NCBI GenBank assembly: GCA_021813385.1
Contig: JAKAKT010000095.1
Span: 14,194 to 78,193, forward strand
Source of the DNA: Candidatus Micrarchaeota archaeon
GTDB lineage: Archaea > Micrarchaeota > Micrarchaeia > Burarchaeales > JAKAKT01
DNA length: 64,000 bases
Direction of reading: 5' to 3'
How positions within the stretch are numbered: position 1 is the first letter of the stretch; each line of letters begins with the position of its first letter. Below, in pieces: positions 26,526 to 35,095 of this stretch. The translations under genes were made by a program, and so were the position numbers. The notes under the pieces were generated by a model. It was not told the origin of the DNA and did not search any database. It saw nothing but the letters and a program-made list of their open reading frames with translations.

Positions 26526-28142
26526 TTATCGATTTTCTTCCTTCCAATCGGCAATAGTAAAAACGTCAACCCCTAGATCACAATTCTTCTCGAGCCTCTT
26601 GAGGCCCCAATCCAGCAATATTTCCTTTGCCTGCATGAACTTCTCCCTGCCCACCTCGACGTTCCCTATTGCGTATCGCTTGTTCTTCGTATTGAAGCAA
26701 AACATCGAATCGTGGACATTATCGCAGTTGTGGCAGAAGTAGCATCCCGAGCAGTTGGTTGAATTGTCAACTTCAAGGCAGCGTGAAATTTTTGTCGAGA
26801 AGTGGCAATTAATACAGAAGGAAGAATCCCTGGGTTCGCGGCACCCGAAAGAGTTTTCACAGCTAGTTGGGGAAAAACAGAATGCACATTTCTTTGAACG
26901 CATGAAGATCAGGCCACGGTAGCAGTCTACGGAGTCTATGCACATAGGAGAATCGATGTTATTCTTCAATTTTCCGGAAAGCCAGAATGGGCAGAAGTAG
27001 GCTATTTTCGAAAGTTTTTTTGGGATATTCTTAAAGGAAAGGCTCTCGACCTCGCCTTCAGAGAGGGTCATCCGTTCTCCCAGAAAATCCGCTTCGTCTT
27101 GCGTGATGAGCCTGTCCCGAGGGAACGAAATGAAAGGGACGTAGTCCGGAAGGAGCGGAATTTGTTTTCCAGAGGCGCAGGAAAAGCATTGCTCGAGTTT
27201 AACCGCAGAGTTCTTCTCAAGCCAATCGGAGTAGGAATCAATCTGCCTGAGGGGTTTCCCCAGAATTACTAAGGCCGTCTCACTAAACGCCTTTTCTATC
27301 GGTCCCATGTCTTTTTTCTCATCTTCCCAATTTCGCCCGGAAATTGATTTTTTCAGGAACGAGTAGTCTGGTTTTTCTGCGCATACCATCTCGTCTATTG
27401 GGGAAAGGTATTTGTTGCGGATGAGCTCCTGGCGAATTTCCTCCATCAACTTCTTTTTTATCTGCAAATATTTGTCCTTTGGAAGGACAAGATTCCCGAT
27501 CGCTAGCCTTTTGCTCTTCAAATTAAAGCAGAACATGCAGTCATGGCAACCGGAGAGCCCATGGGAGAGGTAGATGTCACTGGAGAATTCTATTTTTGAG
27601 GAACAGAAAACCCTCGAAACTTCCCAGCTATTGGCTTTTATGCAGAAGCGGGCTGGGCCGAACCCATAGCAGCCGAAAACGACCTCGCTATAGCCACCCC
27701 TTGATGAATATGCCACATATTTCGAATAGGCTACTCGTTCCGAATGAAGGACATACTGGCTGTCCGTAATATTCGTGCTTTCCTCGACAAAACCGGAATT
27801 CCCAAAGATAATGTTCCCGCAGTAAACGGCCCGGTTCCTTATCGCCTCGACAATCGAATCGATGTCTTTTATATCATTTATCGATAGAGGAATGTAGCTC
27901 TTGTTCCAGTCGACCTCTTCAAGGCTAATGAATTCTGAGTTTCCCCCGAAAGGAGAGTATGCGAGAACAACATCCTTGCCTGAAACGCTTGATTTCACCA
28001 GCCTCGGCCCGTTTCTCCCGTAGAGCCATTCCTTGTAATCATCAAGTTCGCCCATTTCGTCCCCGAGGAGTGATTTAGAAAGGGATTTCCATTGCCTGTT
28101 GAGGACCGAGTAGAGCTGCAATTTCTGTGGGTCTTCACTCAT
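26526..28142 (-). CDS. Cys-rich, internally duplicated protein (unknown family; probable metal-binding repeat domain)
   Basis: Two homologous segments end in LSGCHDCMFCFNLKSKRLAIGN and CSGCYFCHNCDNVHDSMFCFNTKNKRYAIGN; multiple CxxC and CxxCxxCxxC motifs; Ser-rich periodic repeats of about 14 aa; AT-rich codon usage; leaderless-type TATA (cttaaataaat) about 25 bp upstream. Confidence 0.6.
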   Translation of the reverse strand: MSEDPQKLQLYSVLNRQWKSLSKSLLGDEMGELDDYKEWLYGRNGPRLVKSSVSGKDVVLAYSPFGGNSEFISLEEVDWNKSYIPLSINDIKDIDSIVEAIRNRAVYCGNIIFGNSGFVEESTNITDSQYVLHSERVAYSKYVAYSSRGGYSEVVFGCYGFGPARFCIKANSWEVSRVFCSSKIEFSSDIYLSHGLSGCHDCMFCFNLKSKRLAIGNLVLPKDKYLQIKKKLMEEIRQELIRNKYLSPIDEMVCAEKPDYSFLKKSISGRNWEDEKKDMGPIEKAFSETALVILGKPLRQIDSYSDWLEKNSAVKLEQCFSCASGKQIPLLPDYVPFISFPRDRLITQDEADFLGERMTLSEGEVESLSFKNIPKKLSKIAYFCPFWLSGKLKNNIDSPMCIDSVDCYRGLIFMRSKKCAFCFSPTSCENSFGCREPRDSSFCINCHFSTKISRCLEVDNSTNCSGCYFCHNCDNVHDSMFCFNTKNKRYAIGNVEVGREKFMQAKEILLDWGLKRLEKNCDLGVDVFTIADWKEENR

Positions 28143-28337
28143 AATTGGATTGTGTGTTGGGATTTATTTAAGTTTGCACACTAAACTACACGCAAATGAT
28201 GACGAAGGTGATCTCTGAGCCCTCGCAGGCTGTGACGATAGACAGGCGGTCTGATGCAACTTTGGTATAAACCAGAAGCCTGAGCTATAACCTTTTGAAG
28301 TCCTGAAAGACTATGTTTGTGAGATTGAGGTGGTCGT

Positions 28338-28736
28338 ATGGAAATGAGCCCTGTAACCCATTTTGAAATGCCGGCAGACAACAAAAGTCGGATGAGGAGG
28401 TTCTACGAAAAAGCCTTCGGGTGGAAAACGCATCAGCTTGGCAAGGAGATGGGCGAATACATAATCGTCACCACGACGGACACCGATGAAAACCGCATGG
28501 TCACCAAGCCCGGCACCATCAACGGCGGTTTTTTCCAAAGGACGGATGACCCCATTTCGCAGTATCCGTCGATAGTAGTCCAGGTCGATGACATCAAAGA
28601 GAGCATAAAGAGGGTTGAGGCTGCCGGCGGAAAAATTTCCGGAAAGGGAAACGAGATACCTGGCGTTGGCTCCCATGTTTCGGTAATTGACACCGAAGGC
28701 AACCGCATAAGCATGATGCAGTCAATCAAAAAATGA
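28338..28736 (+). CDS. VOC-family (glyoxalase/bleomycin-resistance-like) protein
   Basis: THFEMPADNKSRMRRFYEKAFGWK...GGKISGKGNEIPGVGSHVSVIDTEGNRISM is the VOC fold signature. Confidence 0.7.
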   Translation: MEMSPVTHFEMPADNKSRMRRFYEKAFGWKTHQLGKEMGEYIIVTTTDTDENRMVTKPGTINGGFFQRTDDPISQYPSIVVQVDDIKESIKRVEAAGGKISGKGNEIPGVGSHVSVIDTEGNRISMMQSIKK

Positions 28737-28760
28737 CGTTGTGGATAAGGCGTTAGAGGA

Positions 28761-29159
28761 GTGGAAAAGTTGAACAGAGGGAGAGGCGTGGCAACGTCAA
28801 GAAAAAAAATTGAAACCATAAGCGAGTATATCGCGATGTTCCCGAAGGATGCTCGGGGCATTTTAGAAGAACTGAGGGCGACGATTAGAAAATCCACGCC
28901 AAAGGCTGAAGAGACGATCGGTTACGGGATACCTACCTTCAAGACCAATGGTAGGAACCTGGTGCATTTTGCTGCGTTCAAGAACCATATAGGGTTTTAT
29001 CCTACGCCGTCAGCAATCGTTGCCTTCAAAAAAGAGTTGACTTCGTATAAGCAAACAAAAGGTGCGATACAGTTCCCGATTGACAACCCCATTCCGTTTG
29101 ACCTGGTGAAGAGGATTGTAGAGTTTAGGGTGAGAGAAAATGAAACGCGAAAGAAGTAA
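28761..29159 (+). CDS. DUF1801 (YdhG-like) domain protein
   Basis: ISEYIAMFPKDARGILEELRATIRKSTPKAEETIGYGIPTFKTNGRNLVHFAAFKNHIGFYP is typical of DUF1801. Confidence 0.6.
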   Translation: MEKLNRGRGVATSRKKIETISEYIAMFPKDARGILEELRATIRKSTPKAEETIGYGIPTFKTNGRNLVHFAAFKNHIGFYPTPSAIVAFKKELTSYKQTKGAIQFPIDNPIPFDLVKRIVEFRVRENETRKK

Positions 29160-29694
29160 TGTGAGAACGTACATCGTATTGCTGCGCGGCGTCATGCCTT
29201 TCGGGAAGAACAGGGTGCCCATGGCTAGGCTCCGGGAAGTTCTTGGAACAGAAGGATTCGGGAAAGTTCGGACCTACATCCAGAGTGGGAACGCACTTGT
29301 TGATACGGGGCTCACGGCAATGGAAGTTGAGAAGCTGGTTCATGACGCAATCGAAAAGCACATCGGACCGGACTTGATGGTTGTGGCCAGAACCGGGGCG
29401 CAGTTGCAAAAAGTCCTAGAGGGCAATCCATTCGGAGGCGGGTTTGACATTTCACGCGTGTTCTTTGTAATTTTCAAGGATGCGCCTTCAGTTGAAAAAA
29501 CCAGGGAGCTTCTCGCTGAAGATTTTGGCGCTGAAAAGCTTGCCGTCGATGGCACGGCAGCGTATATGTACATCCCGGGAAGCGCTGCCCGCTCAAAAGT
29601 TTCCAACAATTTTCTGGAAAAGAGGCTCGGCATTTCCGCTACCACGCGCAATTTCAATACGATGAACAAGCTGATAGAAATGATTCATGAATGA
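29140..29694 (+). CDS. DUF1697 family protein
   Basis: YIVLLRGVMPFGKNRVPMARLREVLGTEGFGKVRTYIQSGNALVD is the DUF1697 N-terminal signature; overlaps the previous gene by 20 nt. Confidence 0.6.
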   Translation: MKRERSNVRTYIVLLRGVMPFGKNRVPMARLREVLGTEGFGKVRTYIQSGNALVDTGLTAMEVEKLVHDAIEKHIGPDLMVVARTGAQLQKVLEGNPFGGGFDISRVFFVIFKDAPSVEKTRELLAEDFGAEKLAVDGTAAYMYIPGSAARSKVSNNFLEKRLGISATTRNFNTMNKLIEMIHE

Positions 29695-29912
29695 AACAGC
29701 CTGGACAATAATTTGAATGCTTGGGCACTTGGGCAAGGAACTAAAAACCGTAGCACATTCATGCCACGTGGAAATGATCTGTGTGTCTTTTTTCGTAGCT
29801 CAGGCAGAGCATCTCTTCCCTGGCGGATGGTCTGATGCATTTACTTGACCTGAGCGGTGCTGTCGTTAAGGTGTCCATGAATTTTTCTTTTCTTAGGCAT
29901 CTGTTAGAAGAT

Positions 29913-30182
29913 TTATTTACTGATTATCGGCATGCCGGACAGCCGACCTTTGATATCTGTTTTGGCATCAACAGCCCGTTCTGACAATATGTTTGTATAT
30001 GCGTTTATCTCGAGTTTTTCTTTCTTCGTTAGGCTCTTGTTGGCCTGTAAGCCATTCCTGAAAGTCTCGCAGAAATCCGCGTCTGCAACAGAGCTGAATC
30101 TCATTAGCCTTTGCTGGCGGATTGTTCCCTCGATATGCTTGTCCCATGCATCAATGAACACCTGTTTTTGCTCTGCAGCCAT
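29913..30182 (-). CDS. Small hypothetical protein
   Basis: 89 aa ORF with coding-like composition; no motif recognised. Confidence 0.35.
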   Translation of the reverse strand: MAAEQKQVFIDAWDKHIEGTIRQQRLMRFSSVADADFCETFRNGLQANKSLTKKEKLEINAYTNILSERAVDAKTDIKGRLSGMPIISK

Positions 30183-30490
30183 GGATAGTGTATGACCATT
30201 GGATAGTATAAGGTAGTGAGTACCTCAAAAACCGAAAAATACGCCTTTTACCGCAGACATGACGCGCTCAAAGCACCTTGCAAATTAAGGTGCGCCAACT
30301 AGATTTCTGCATCAATTCTGCCTCGAATTTGGGGAGAGTTGGGAATGATTCCGGCAAACGCATAATAGGGGTGAAAAACGCCCTTTATGCGAGGTGGTAG
30401 GATGATACCTGGAAAGATTGGGGAGAGGGAGCTGATTGATTTGATAGTGGAGAACGGGGACGATTCGGAGGGATTCCCCCTGGCGAGGAG

Positions 30491-31108
30491 GTGGGGCAGT
30501 TGATATTCGACGGAATAAAGCGGATTGAAAGGAACACGGTGTTATACCTGAAGCCGAAAAAAACACCGGTCATTGCCCTCTTAGTTCTTCTCAGCATTGC
30601 GCACACGCTGGTTTTTGCAGTGAACATGGTCGATATTGTTCCTGCAGATTCGCTTGCCGTATTTGCTGTGAACGGATTGCTGCTGCTTATGCTTGGCGCC
30701 GCGTTCGGAAAGCTGGTTTCATTGGAACGGTATATGTATTCATTCTTTGAAGAATCTGTCACTGAGACGCGGGGAATCTTGAACAGGATTACCCACACGG
30801 TCCCGGTTGACAAGATATTCAGCTACAAGGTAACGCGCTCGATAAGCGATTTGCTTTTCGGGACTTCCCACCTGACGCTCGAGGGGAGCACCGGCTTGCC
30901 TGTTCTCGAGATTAGTTTCGTGGATTCGGAGCAGGCCAAGACTGCGGAACGCCTTCTCGAGGCCCTCATCGCCAAAAACAGGCAGGACATGGCCGGGGGG
31001 GCCGAAATCGTGGGCGGCGGCTTGGGGGAAGACGCCCCGCCTGGCGCATATTTCGGCAGGCTCTACGATGGGCCTTTCGAGGAGACGAAACAGGCGCGAC
31101 CTGATTAA
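30491..31108 (+). CDS. Membrane protein with two TM helices and a bPH/YdbS-like soluble domain
   Basis: Two N-terminal TM helices followed by a soluble domain; family assignment tentative. Confidence 0.4.
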   Translation: MGQLIFDGIKRIERNTVLYLKPKKTPVIALLVLLSIAHTLVFAVNMVDIVPADSLAVFAVNGLLLLMLGAAFGKLVSLERYMYSFFEESVTETRGILNRITHTVPVDKIFSYKVTRSISDLLFGTSHLTLEGSTGLPVLEISFVDSEQAKTAERLLEALIAKNRQDMAGGAEIVGGGLGEDAPPGAYFGRLYDGPFEETKQARPD

Positions 31109-31167
31109 CACTGTCTACGACGTGGGCCGGCGAAAGCCATATAATTGATTAGAGGGGTAGATATTCG

Positions 31168-31464
31168 ATGATCCCGAAAATCCTTTACTGGCTAATCGCC
31201 GGCTCGCGGGGGGGCGAAAACAGGCTGAGGATTCTCCTTGTCCTCGAAGAGCGGCCGCTAAACGCGAAACAGATAGCCGACGAGCTCGGGGTCGATTACA
31301 AGACCGTGCAGCACCACTTGGGGGTGCTGGCAAAACACGGCCTCATAGACACCCTCGGAGGCGGGTATGGGAAGGCATACACGCTCTCCGCTGAAATGGA
31401 GGCGAACGTAAATGAACTCTCGAAAATCGTCCGAACGAAAAAACGATTCCAAAAAACTGGCTGA
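31168..31464 (+). CDS. Winged-helix (ArsR/PadR-like) transcriptional regulator
   Basis: LRILLVLEERPLNAKQIADELGVDYKTVQHHLGVLAKHGLI is an HTH recognition helix. Confidence 0.6.
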   Translation: MIPKILYWLIAGSRGGENRLRILLVLEERPLNAKQIADELGVDYKTVQHHLGVLAKHGLIDTLGGGYGKAYTLSAEMEANVNELSKIVRTKKRFQKTG

Positions 31465-31933
31465 ATTCCTTGATGATGAAACGGGGGTTCGCCAAAAATT
31501 AAGGGAGCCGGAGGATGACGCCATAATGTTCGGGATAGACGCCCGTTCAGCATTCGTAACCATCATCATACTCATTGCCACGATTGGGCTGCTTTGGTTC
31601 ATGGCCGACCTCGTGACGCGCAGTTCCCCGCTGACATGCAACCAGAATGAGAAAAGCATTTTTTATCTCATCACAATATCCCTCGAGGTTATAAACGTAG
31701 TGCTGCTCCTGGTGCTCATCGCCCAGTACCTCCGCATCTATGCCCGCCTTCAGAGCGAATTCACGCTCGGCCTCATAGTATTCGCTTACGTTCTCCTCGC
31801 CAATTCGCTCTTCACGAATCCCCTCTTGTTCGCAAGCCAAACGGTGTCGACCTGCAGCGGGGTCCTTTCGTTCGTCCCGGCATTCTTCACAACGATTGCA
31901 GCGGCAATACTTTTGTATCTCAACTCCACGTAG
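31412..31933 (+). CDS. Integral membrane protein (4 TM); likely true start near 31529
   Basis: Hydrophobic helices from MFGIDARSAFVTIIILIATIGLLW onward; the 5' part of the track ORF overlaps the regulator gene. Confidence 0.5.
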   Translation: MNSRKSSERKNDSKKLAEFLDDETGVRQKLREPEDDAIMFGIDARSAFVTIIILIATIGLLWFMADLVTRSSPLTCNQNEKSIFYLITISLEVINVVLLLVLIAQYLRIYARLQSEFTLGLIVFAYVLLANSLFTNPLLFASQTVSTCSGVLSFVPAFFTTIAAAILLYLNST

Positions 31934-31959
31934 GGGAGGTTATTCTTAGCCAATCCCGA

Positions 31960-32214
31960 GGCGGCCCGTTATGGCTCAATGGATTGTGACACCCCGCGGG
32001 CTGAAGCCCGCGGCTTCCGTAGGAAGTTGGGATTCAGGCGGAAGCCGCTCAGAAGGGTGCGCTCCTCCGCAATCTGAAGACGTGCGGCTTCCGCGCACCC
32101 GCGGGGTGTCAGTGAAGCCGTTCGCTATGGGCATCCTTCTCCCGGTGCCGAAGGCCCTCCGGGTGATTTTTGTCCCTGGTGGCGACTGCTTCCCAGGGCT
32201 GATTTTATCTGAGT
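31960..32214. other. Palindrome-dense GC-rich intergenic element between convergent genes; candidate structured ncRNA, terminator or MITE-like element
   Basis: Perfect 14-nt inverted repeat TGACACCCCGCGGG (about 31988) / CCCGCGGGGTGTCA (about 32098) enclosing the hairpin CCGCGGGC-TGAA-GCCCGCGG, CTTCC-GTA-GGAAG, and GCGGCTTCCG pairing with CGGAAGCCGC; the track ORF 31971..32330 looks spurious. Confidence 0.35.
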
Positions 32215-32718
32215 CTAACCATCAATCCCGAGCAAAACAACTGGGATTTCCAAGTTCTGATTTCCCTTCTTCTCGAGAGTCTCAGCCATCATCTCAAAAG
32301 AGCCCACTCCTTTGGACATTTTTCTTCTGAGCGAGGCCATCGGAACCACTTCGATTCCGAATTTATAGATTCCCTGCTTTCCGAAAAGAGCCATCTTCCC
32401 CAAAAAGTCCCACCCGATGAACGAATATGTTCCGAACTGGAGCTCCAAGCCAACCTCGTTCTTCAGCCCGTCGCCTTCAATGAAGTTGTTTGGTTTCTCA
32501 AAAGGAATCTTCGGCTTGGTCCAGCCCTTGGAATGGAGCCGGTCGAGAATCTCGCTTGCGAGTGCCTTGGGAAAATAAAGCCCTGCATCGACGCATTTCT
32601 CCGAATTGGCCCACTTTATCGCCTCGAGAACTTCGGAAAGCTCGATGGGTTTTTCTTTTTCCAGCAATTCGAGGCCGTTTTTGAAGGAATACTTATTGAC
32701 GACACGCATGACCATCAA
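32215..32718 (-). CDS. BglII-family type II restriction-endonuclease homolog (PD-(D/E)xK-like), solitary
   Basis: [34 protein letters not shown] aligns with the BglII catalytic region NNIPIPKRFDFLGTDIDFGKRDTLVEVQFSNYPF (D-x8-E-x-Q-F motif); 167 aa; no adjacent methyltransferase. Confidence 0.55.
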   Translation of the reverse strand: MMVMRVVNKYSFKNGLELLEKEKPIELSEVLEAIKWANSEKCVDAGLYFPKALASEILDRLHSKGWTKPKIPFEKPNNFIEGDGLKNEVGLELQFGTYSFIGWDFLGKMALFGKQGIYKFGIEVVPMASLRRKMSKGVGSFEMMAETLEKKGNQNLEIPVVLLGIDG

Positions 32719-32729
32719 CTTTTCTTAAC

Positions 32730-33194
32730 TCAGGGGGGAGAATCCGCAGAAGGGGCGTTTGGAGTTCCTGGCTTTTGAGAACGCGGGTTCGCGACTCCTG
32801 GCGGGGCAACTGGCTTCGGGGCCTGTGCAGGAGCAGGTTTCTCGGATTTCAAGAGCACTTTCATTTTCGAATCAGTCGTGGGCTTGGTGTAATCGTTCTC
32901 CATCCGAAGGCATTTCACTGGGCAGACTTCTACGCAGCAGTTGCAGGAAACGCATCTGAATCGGTCGAGCTCCCAGGTCCGGGAGTTCTTATCAACTGTT
33001 ATTGCGACACAGGGGCATTTTCTCTGGCAATTCCCGCAGAAGATGCACCTGTTTATGTCGTTCTCAAGGGTGCCCCTCGTTCCCTTGGATTTCTTCGCCG
33101 GTTTGGTCGGATACATCAAAGTGGCGGGAGCAGAAAACAGGCTTTTTACAGTGGTTTTTGCAATCTGGAACAGAGACATGAATTTACCTCTCAA
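32730..33194 (-). CDS. echF: Ech hydrogenase subunit F (NuoI-like 2x[4Fe-4S] ferredoxin)
   Basis: CIFCGNCQRKCP and CVSCNCCVEVCP; last gene of the six-gene operon; Pro/Ala-rich C-terminus. Confidence 0.75.
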   Translation of the reverse strand: MRGKFMSLFQIAKTTVKSLFSAPATLMYPTKPAKKSKGTRGTLENDINRCIFCGNCQRKCPCVAITVDKNSRTWELDRFRCVSCNCCVEVCPVKCLRMENDYTKPTTDSKMKVLLKSEKPAPAQAPKPVAPPGVANPRSQKPGTPNAPSADSPP

Positions 33195-34266
33195 CGCAGC
33201 TGATGCACGGGTCTATCGAGATAATGATTAGCGGGACGTCTGCGAGGTCGCAGCCTTTGAGCATGTGAATCAGCGGGGGGACGTTTGCAAATGTCGGAGT
33301 CCTGATGCGGAACCTCTGGAGAAACCGACTTCCGTTTCCTTTTGCATAATGAATTGCTTCGCCCCGGGGCTGCTCGACGCGCGAGAAGTATTCCCCTTTC
33401 GGGTTGCCGGTGTATTTCACTTCAATGGGCCCGTCCGGAATCTTCTTTGCGCACTGCTTTATGATGTCCGCTGACTGGAATAGCTCCCTGACCCTAACCG
33501 CTGTCCGGGAGTGGCAATCTCCCCCGGTTCCAAGAACGGGCTCAAATTTTATCCTATCGTAAGCAGCATAGCCGCGCATCCGAAGGTCAATTTTCACCCC
33601 GCTCCCGCGGGCAGTTGGCCCTACGGCCCCAAGCTCGTAAGCATCCTCTTTCGAAAGCATCCCGACTCCCCTGAGCCTGTGCTTCACGGAATCGTCTTTA
33701 ATCAGGACATCGGTTATCTCCTTCAGCTCTTTCTCAATGGATTCCATTTCAGTGACTATTGACCCGAGGGATTCTTCGTCAATGTCTTTCCTGACCCCGC
33801 CCACCTTGCACGTCCCCTGGATGATTCTTCCGCCGAAGCTCGCTTCCATCCTGTCAACGATTCTTTCCCTGACCTTGAAAAGGTTCATGAACAGGTTCTC
33901 AAAGCCCATTCCGTCCGCAAGGCAGCCCATCGAAAGCAGATGGCTGTGCATCCTGGAGTATTCCGAGCCCATGGTCCTGAGAAACAGAGCCCGTTCAGGA
34001 ATCTCGATTTTCATTATCTCCTCAATTGCCTGGCAGTAGGACAAGCCATGGATGTAACTGCATATGCCGCATGTCCTTTCAATGACATAAACATATTCTG
34101 GGAATTCCCTTTTCTCAACCAGCTTCTCAAGCCCCCGGTGCACGTAACCTATTGAGAGAAGCGCATCGACCACCTTCTCGTCTTCAAGGACCAAGTCCAG
34201 GTGAATGGGCTCGGGAAGAACCGGGTGCTGGGGCCCGAACGGTATGACTATCCTTTTTGCCATCAT
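33184..34266 (-). CDS. echE: Ech [NiFe] hydrogenase large subunit (NuoD-like)
   Basis: N-terminal RTCGICSYIH (NiFe ligand CxxC) and C-terminal DPCISCVER (DPCxxC). Confidence 0.85.
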   Translation of the reverse strand: MMAKRIVIPFGPQHPVLPEPIHLDLVLEDEKVVDALLSIGYVHRGLEKLVEKREFPEYVYVIERTCGICSYIHGLSYCQAIEEIMKIEIPERALFLRTMGSEYSRMHSHLLSMGCLADGMGFENLFMNLFKVRERIVDRMEASFGGRIIQGTCKVGGVRKDIDEESLGSIVTEMESIEKELKEITDVLIKDDSVKHRLRGVGMLSKEDAYELGAVGPTARGSGVKIDLRMRGYAAYDRIKFEPVLGTGGDCHSRTAVRVRELFQSADIIKQCAKKIPDGPIEVKYTGNPKGEYFSRVEQPRGEAIHYAKGNGSRFLQRFRIRTPTFANVPPLIHMLKGCDLADVPLIIISIDPCISCVER

Positions 34267-34625
34267 TGCACCTTTTTCTTTTCGTTATACGGATTCTCCA
34301 CTTTCTTCTTGTAGAGGTGCCCCTTGTAATCGACGCTTATCCCTTTGAACTGAACCCCGAAGAGCTCCCGAATTTCGTTTTCGTAGAGGAATGCGCCCGG
34401 ATAAATGCCGGTGATGCTTGGAAGTTCGGCTTCAATCCCCACTGTCACGCGCAAGTTGGCGAATTTCATGTCCTTGTCAAACGAATAGGTGATTTCGAAG
34501 CTGTTCTCGCCGATTTTCGTGCAGCAAACCTGGACCAGCCTATAGCCGAGCTTGTGAGTGGCATCGACGTTGGGCAACAACTCTTCGAGAGTTAAGTTCT
34601 TGATTGGTTGCTCCTCGGCGTTCAT
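34263..34625 (-). CDS. echD: Ech hydrogenase subunit D (NuoC-like)
   Basis: ...AFLYENEIRELFGVQFKGI is NuoC/HycE N-domain-like. Confidence 0.75.
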   Translation of the reverse strand: MNAEEQPIKNLTLEELLPNVDATHKLGYRLVQVCCTKIGENSFEITYSFDKDMKFANLRVTVGIEAELPSITGIYPGAFLYENEIRELFGVQFKGISVDYKGHLYKKKVENPYNEKKKVQ

Positions 34626-34639
34626 CCATTCACCTTTTT

Positions 34640-35095
34640 TTATTCGACTTCCTTTTTCGCTTTCTCTTCACTCATTTTTTTCTTTTTCTCTTCTAGTATC
34701 GCAGTAGCCTTGACTATCCCGTCTATTATTGATTCCGGCCGGGCGGCACAGCCAGGGACATGAACATCGACCGGCAGAACCTTGTCGACTCCGCCCTGGA
34801 CATTGTAGCATTCCCGGAAAACCCCGCCGGACAACGCGCAGATGCCTATTGCGACAACTGCCCTGGGCTTGGGCATCTGGGAATAAATGTTCTTGACAAC
34901 CTCGATGTTCTGCTCGTTGATTGAGCCGGTTATCAAAAGGATGTCTGCGTGCTTCGGGTTCCCGGTGTGGATTATCCCGAACCGTTCAATGTCATAGTGC
35001 GGGGCGAGGCTAGCGAGGACTTCGATATCGCACCCGTTGCAACTGGAGCCGTCGTAATGGATTACCCACGGCGATTTCTTCATGTGCGCCATCAT
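34640..35095 (-). CDS. echC: Ech hydrogenase small subunit (NuoB-like, [4Fe-4S])
   Basis: GSSCNGCDIE...GICALSGG...VPGCAARP is the NuoB-type cluster-binding pattern; start at MMAHMKKSPW overlapping the echB stop (ATGA). Confidence 0.8.
   Translation of the reverse strand: MMAHMKKSPWVIHYDGSSCNGCDIEVLASLAPHYDIERFGIIHTGNPKHADILLITGSINEQNIEVVKNIYSQMPKPRAVVAIGICALSGGVFRECYNVQGGVDKVLPVDVHVPGCAARPESIIDGIVKATAILEEKKKKMSEEKAKKEVE

Noticed and set aside
29795-29875. tRNA-like D-arm (GTAGCTCAGGCAGAGC) in the intergenic region after the DUF1697 gene.
   Set aside because: A perfect D-arm-like hairpin, but no anticodon arm or T-arm of canonical size follows. It is probably a chance hairpin or a terminator-like structure.
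31960-32214. The structured GC-rich element might be an SRP RNA, RNase P RNA or tRNA-Phe (the CUGAAGC loop resembles a GAA anticodon loop).
   Set aside because: The conserved SRP helix-8 motif (GGAAGCAG) and the RNase P P4 motif (GGAAAGUCCGG) are both absent, and no full cloverleaf forms. It is kept as an unclassified structured element.
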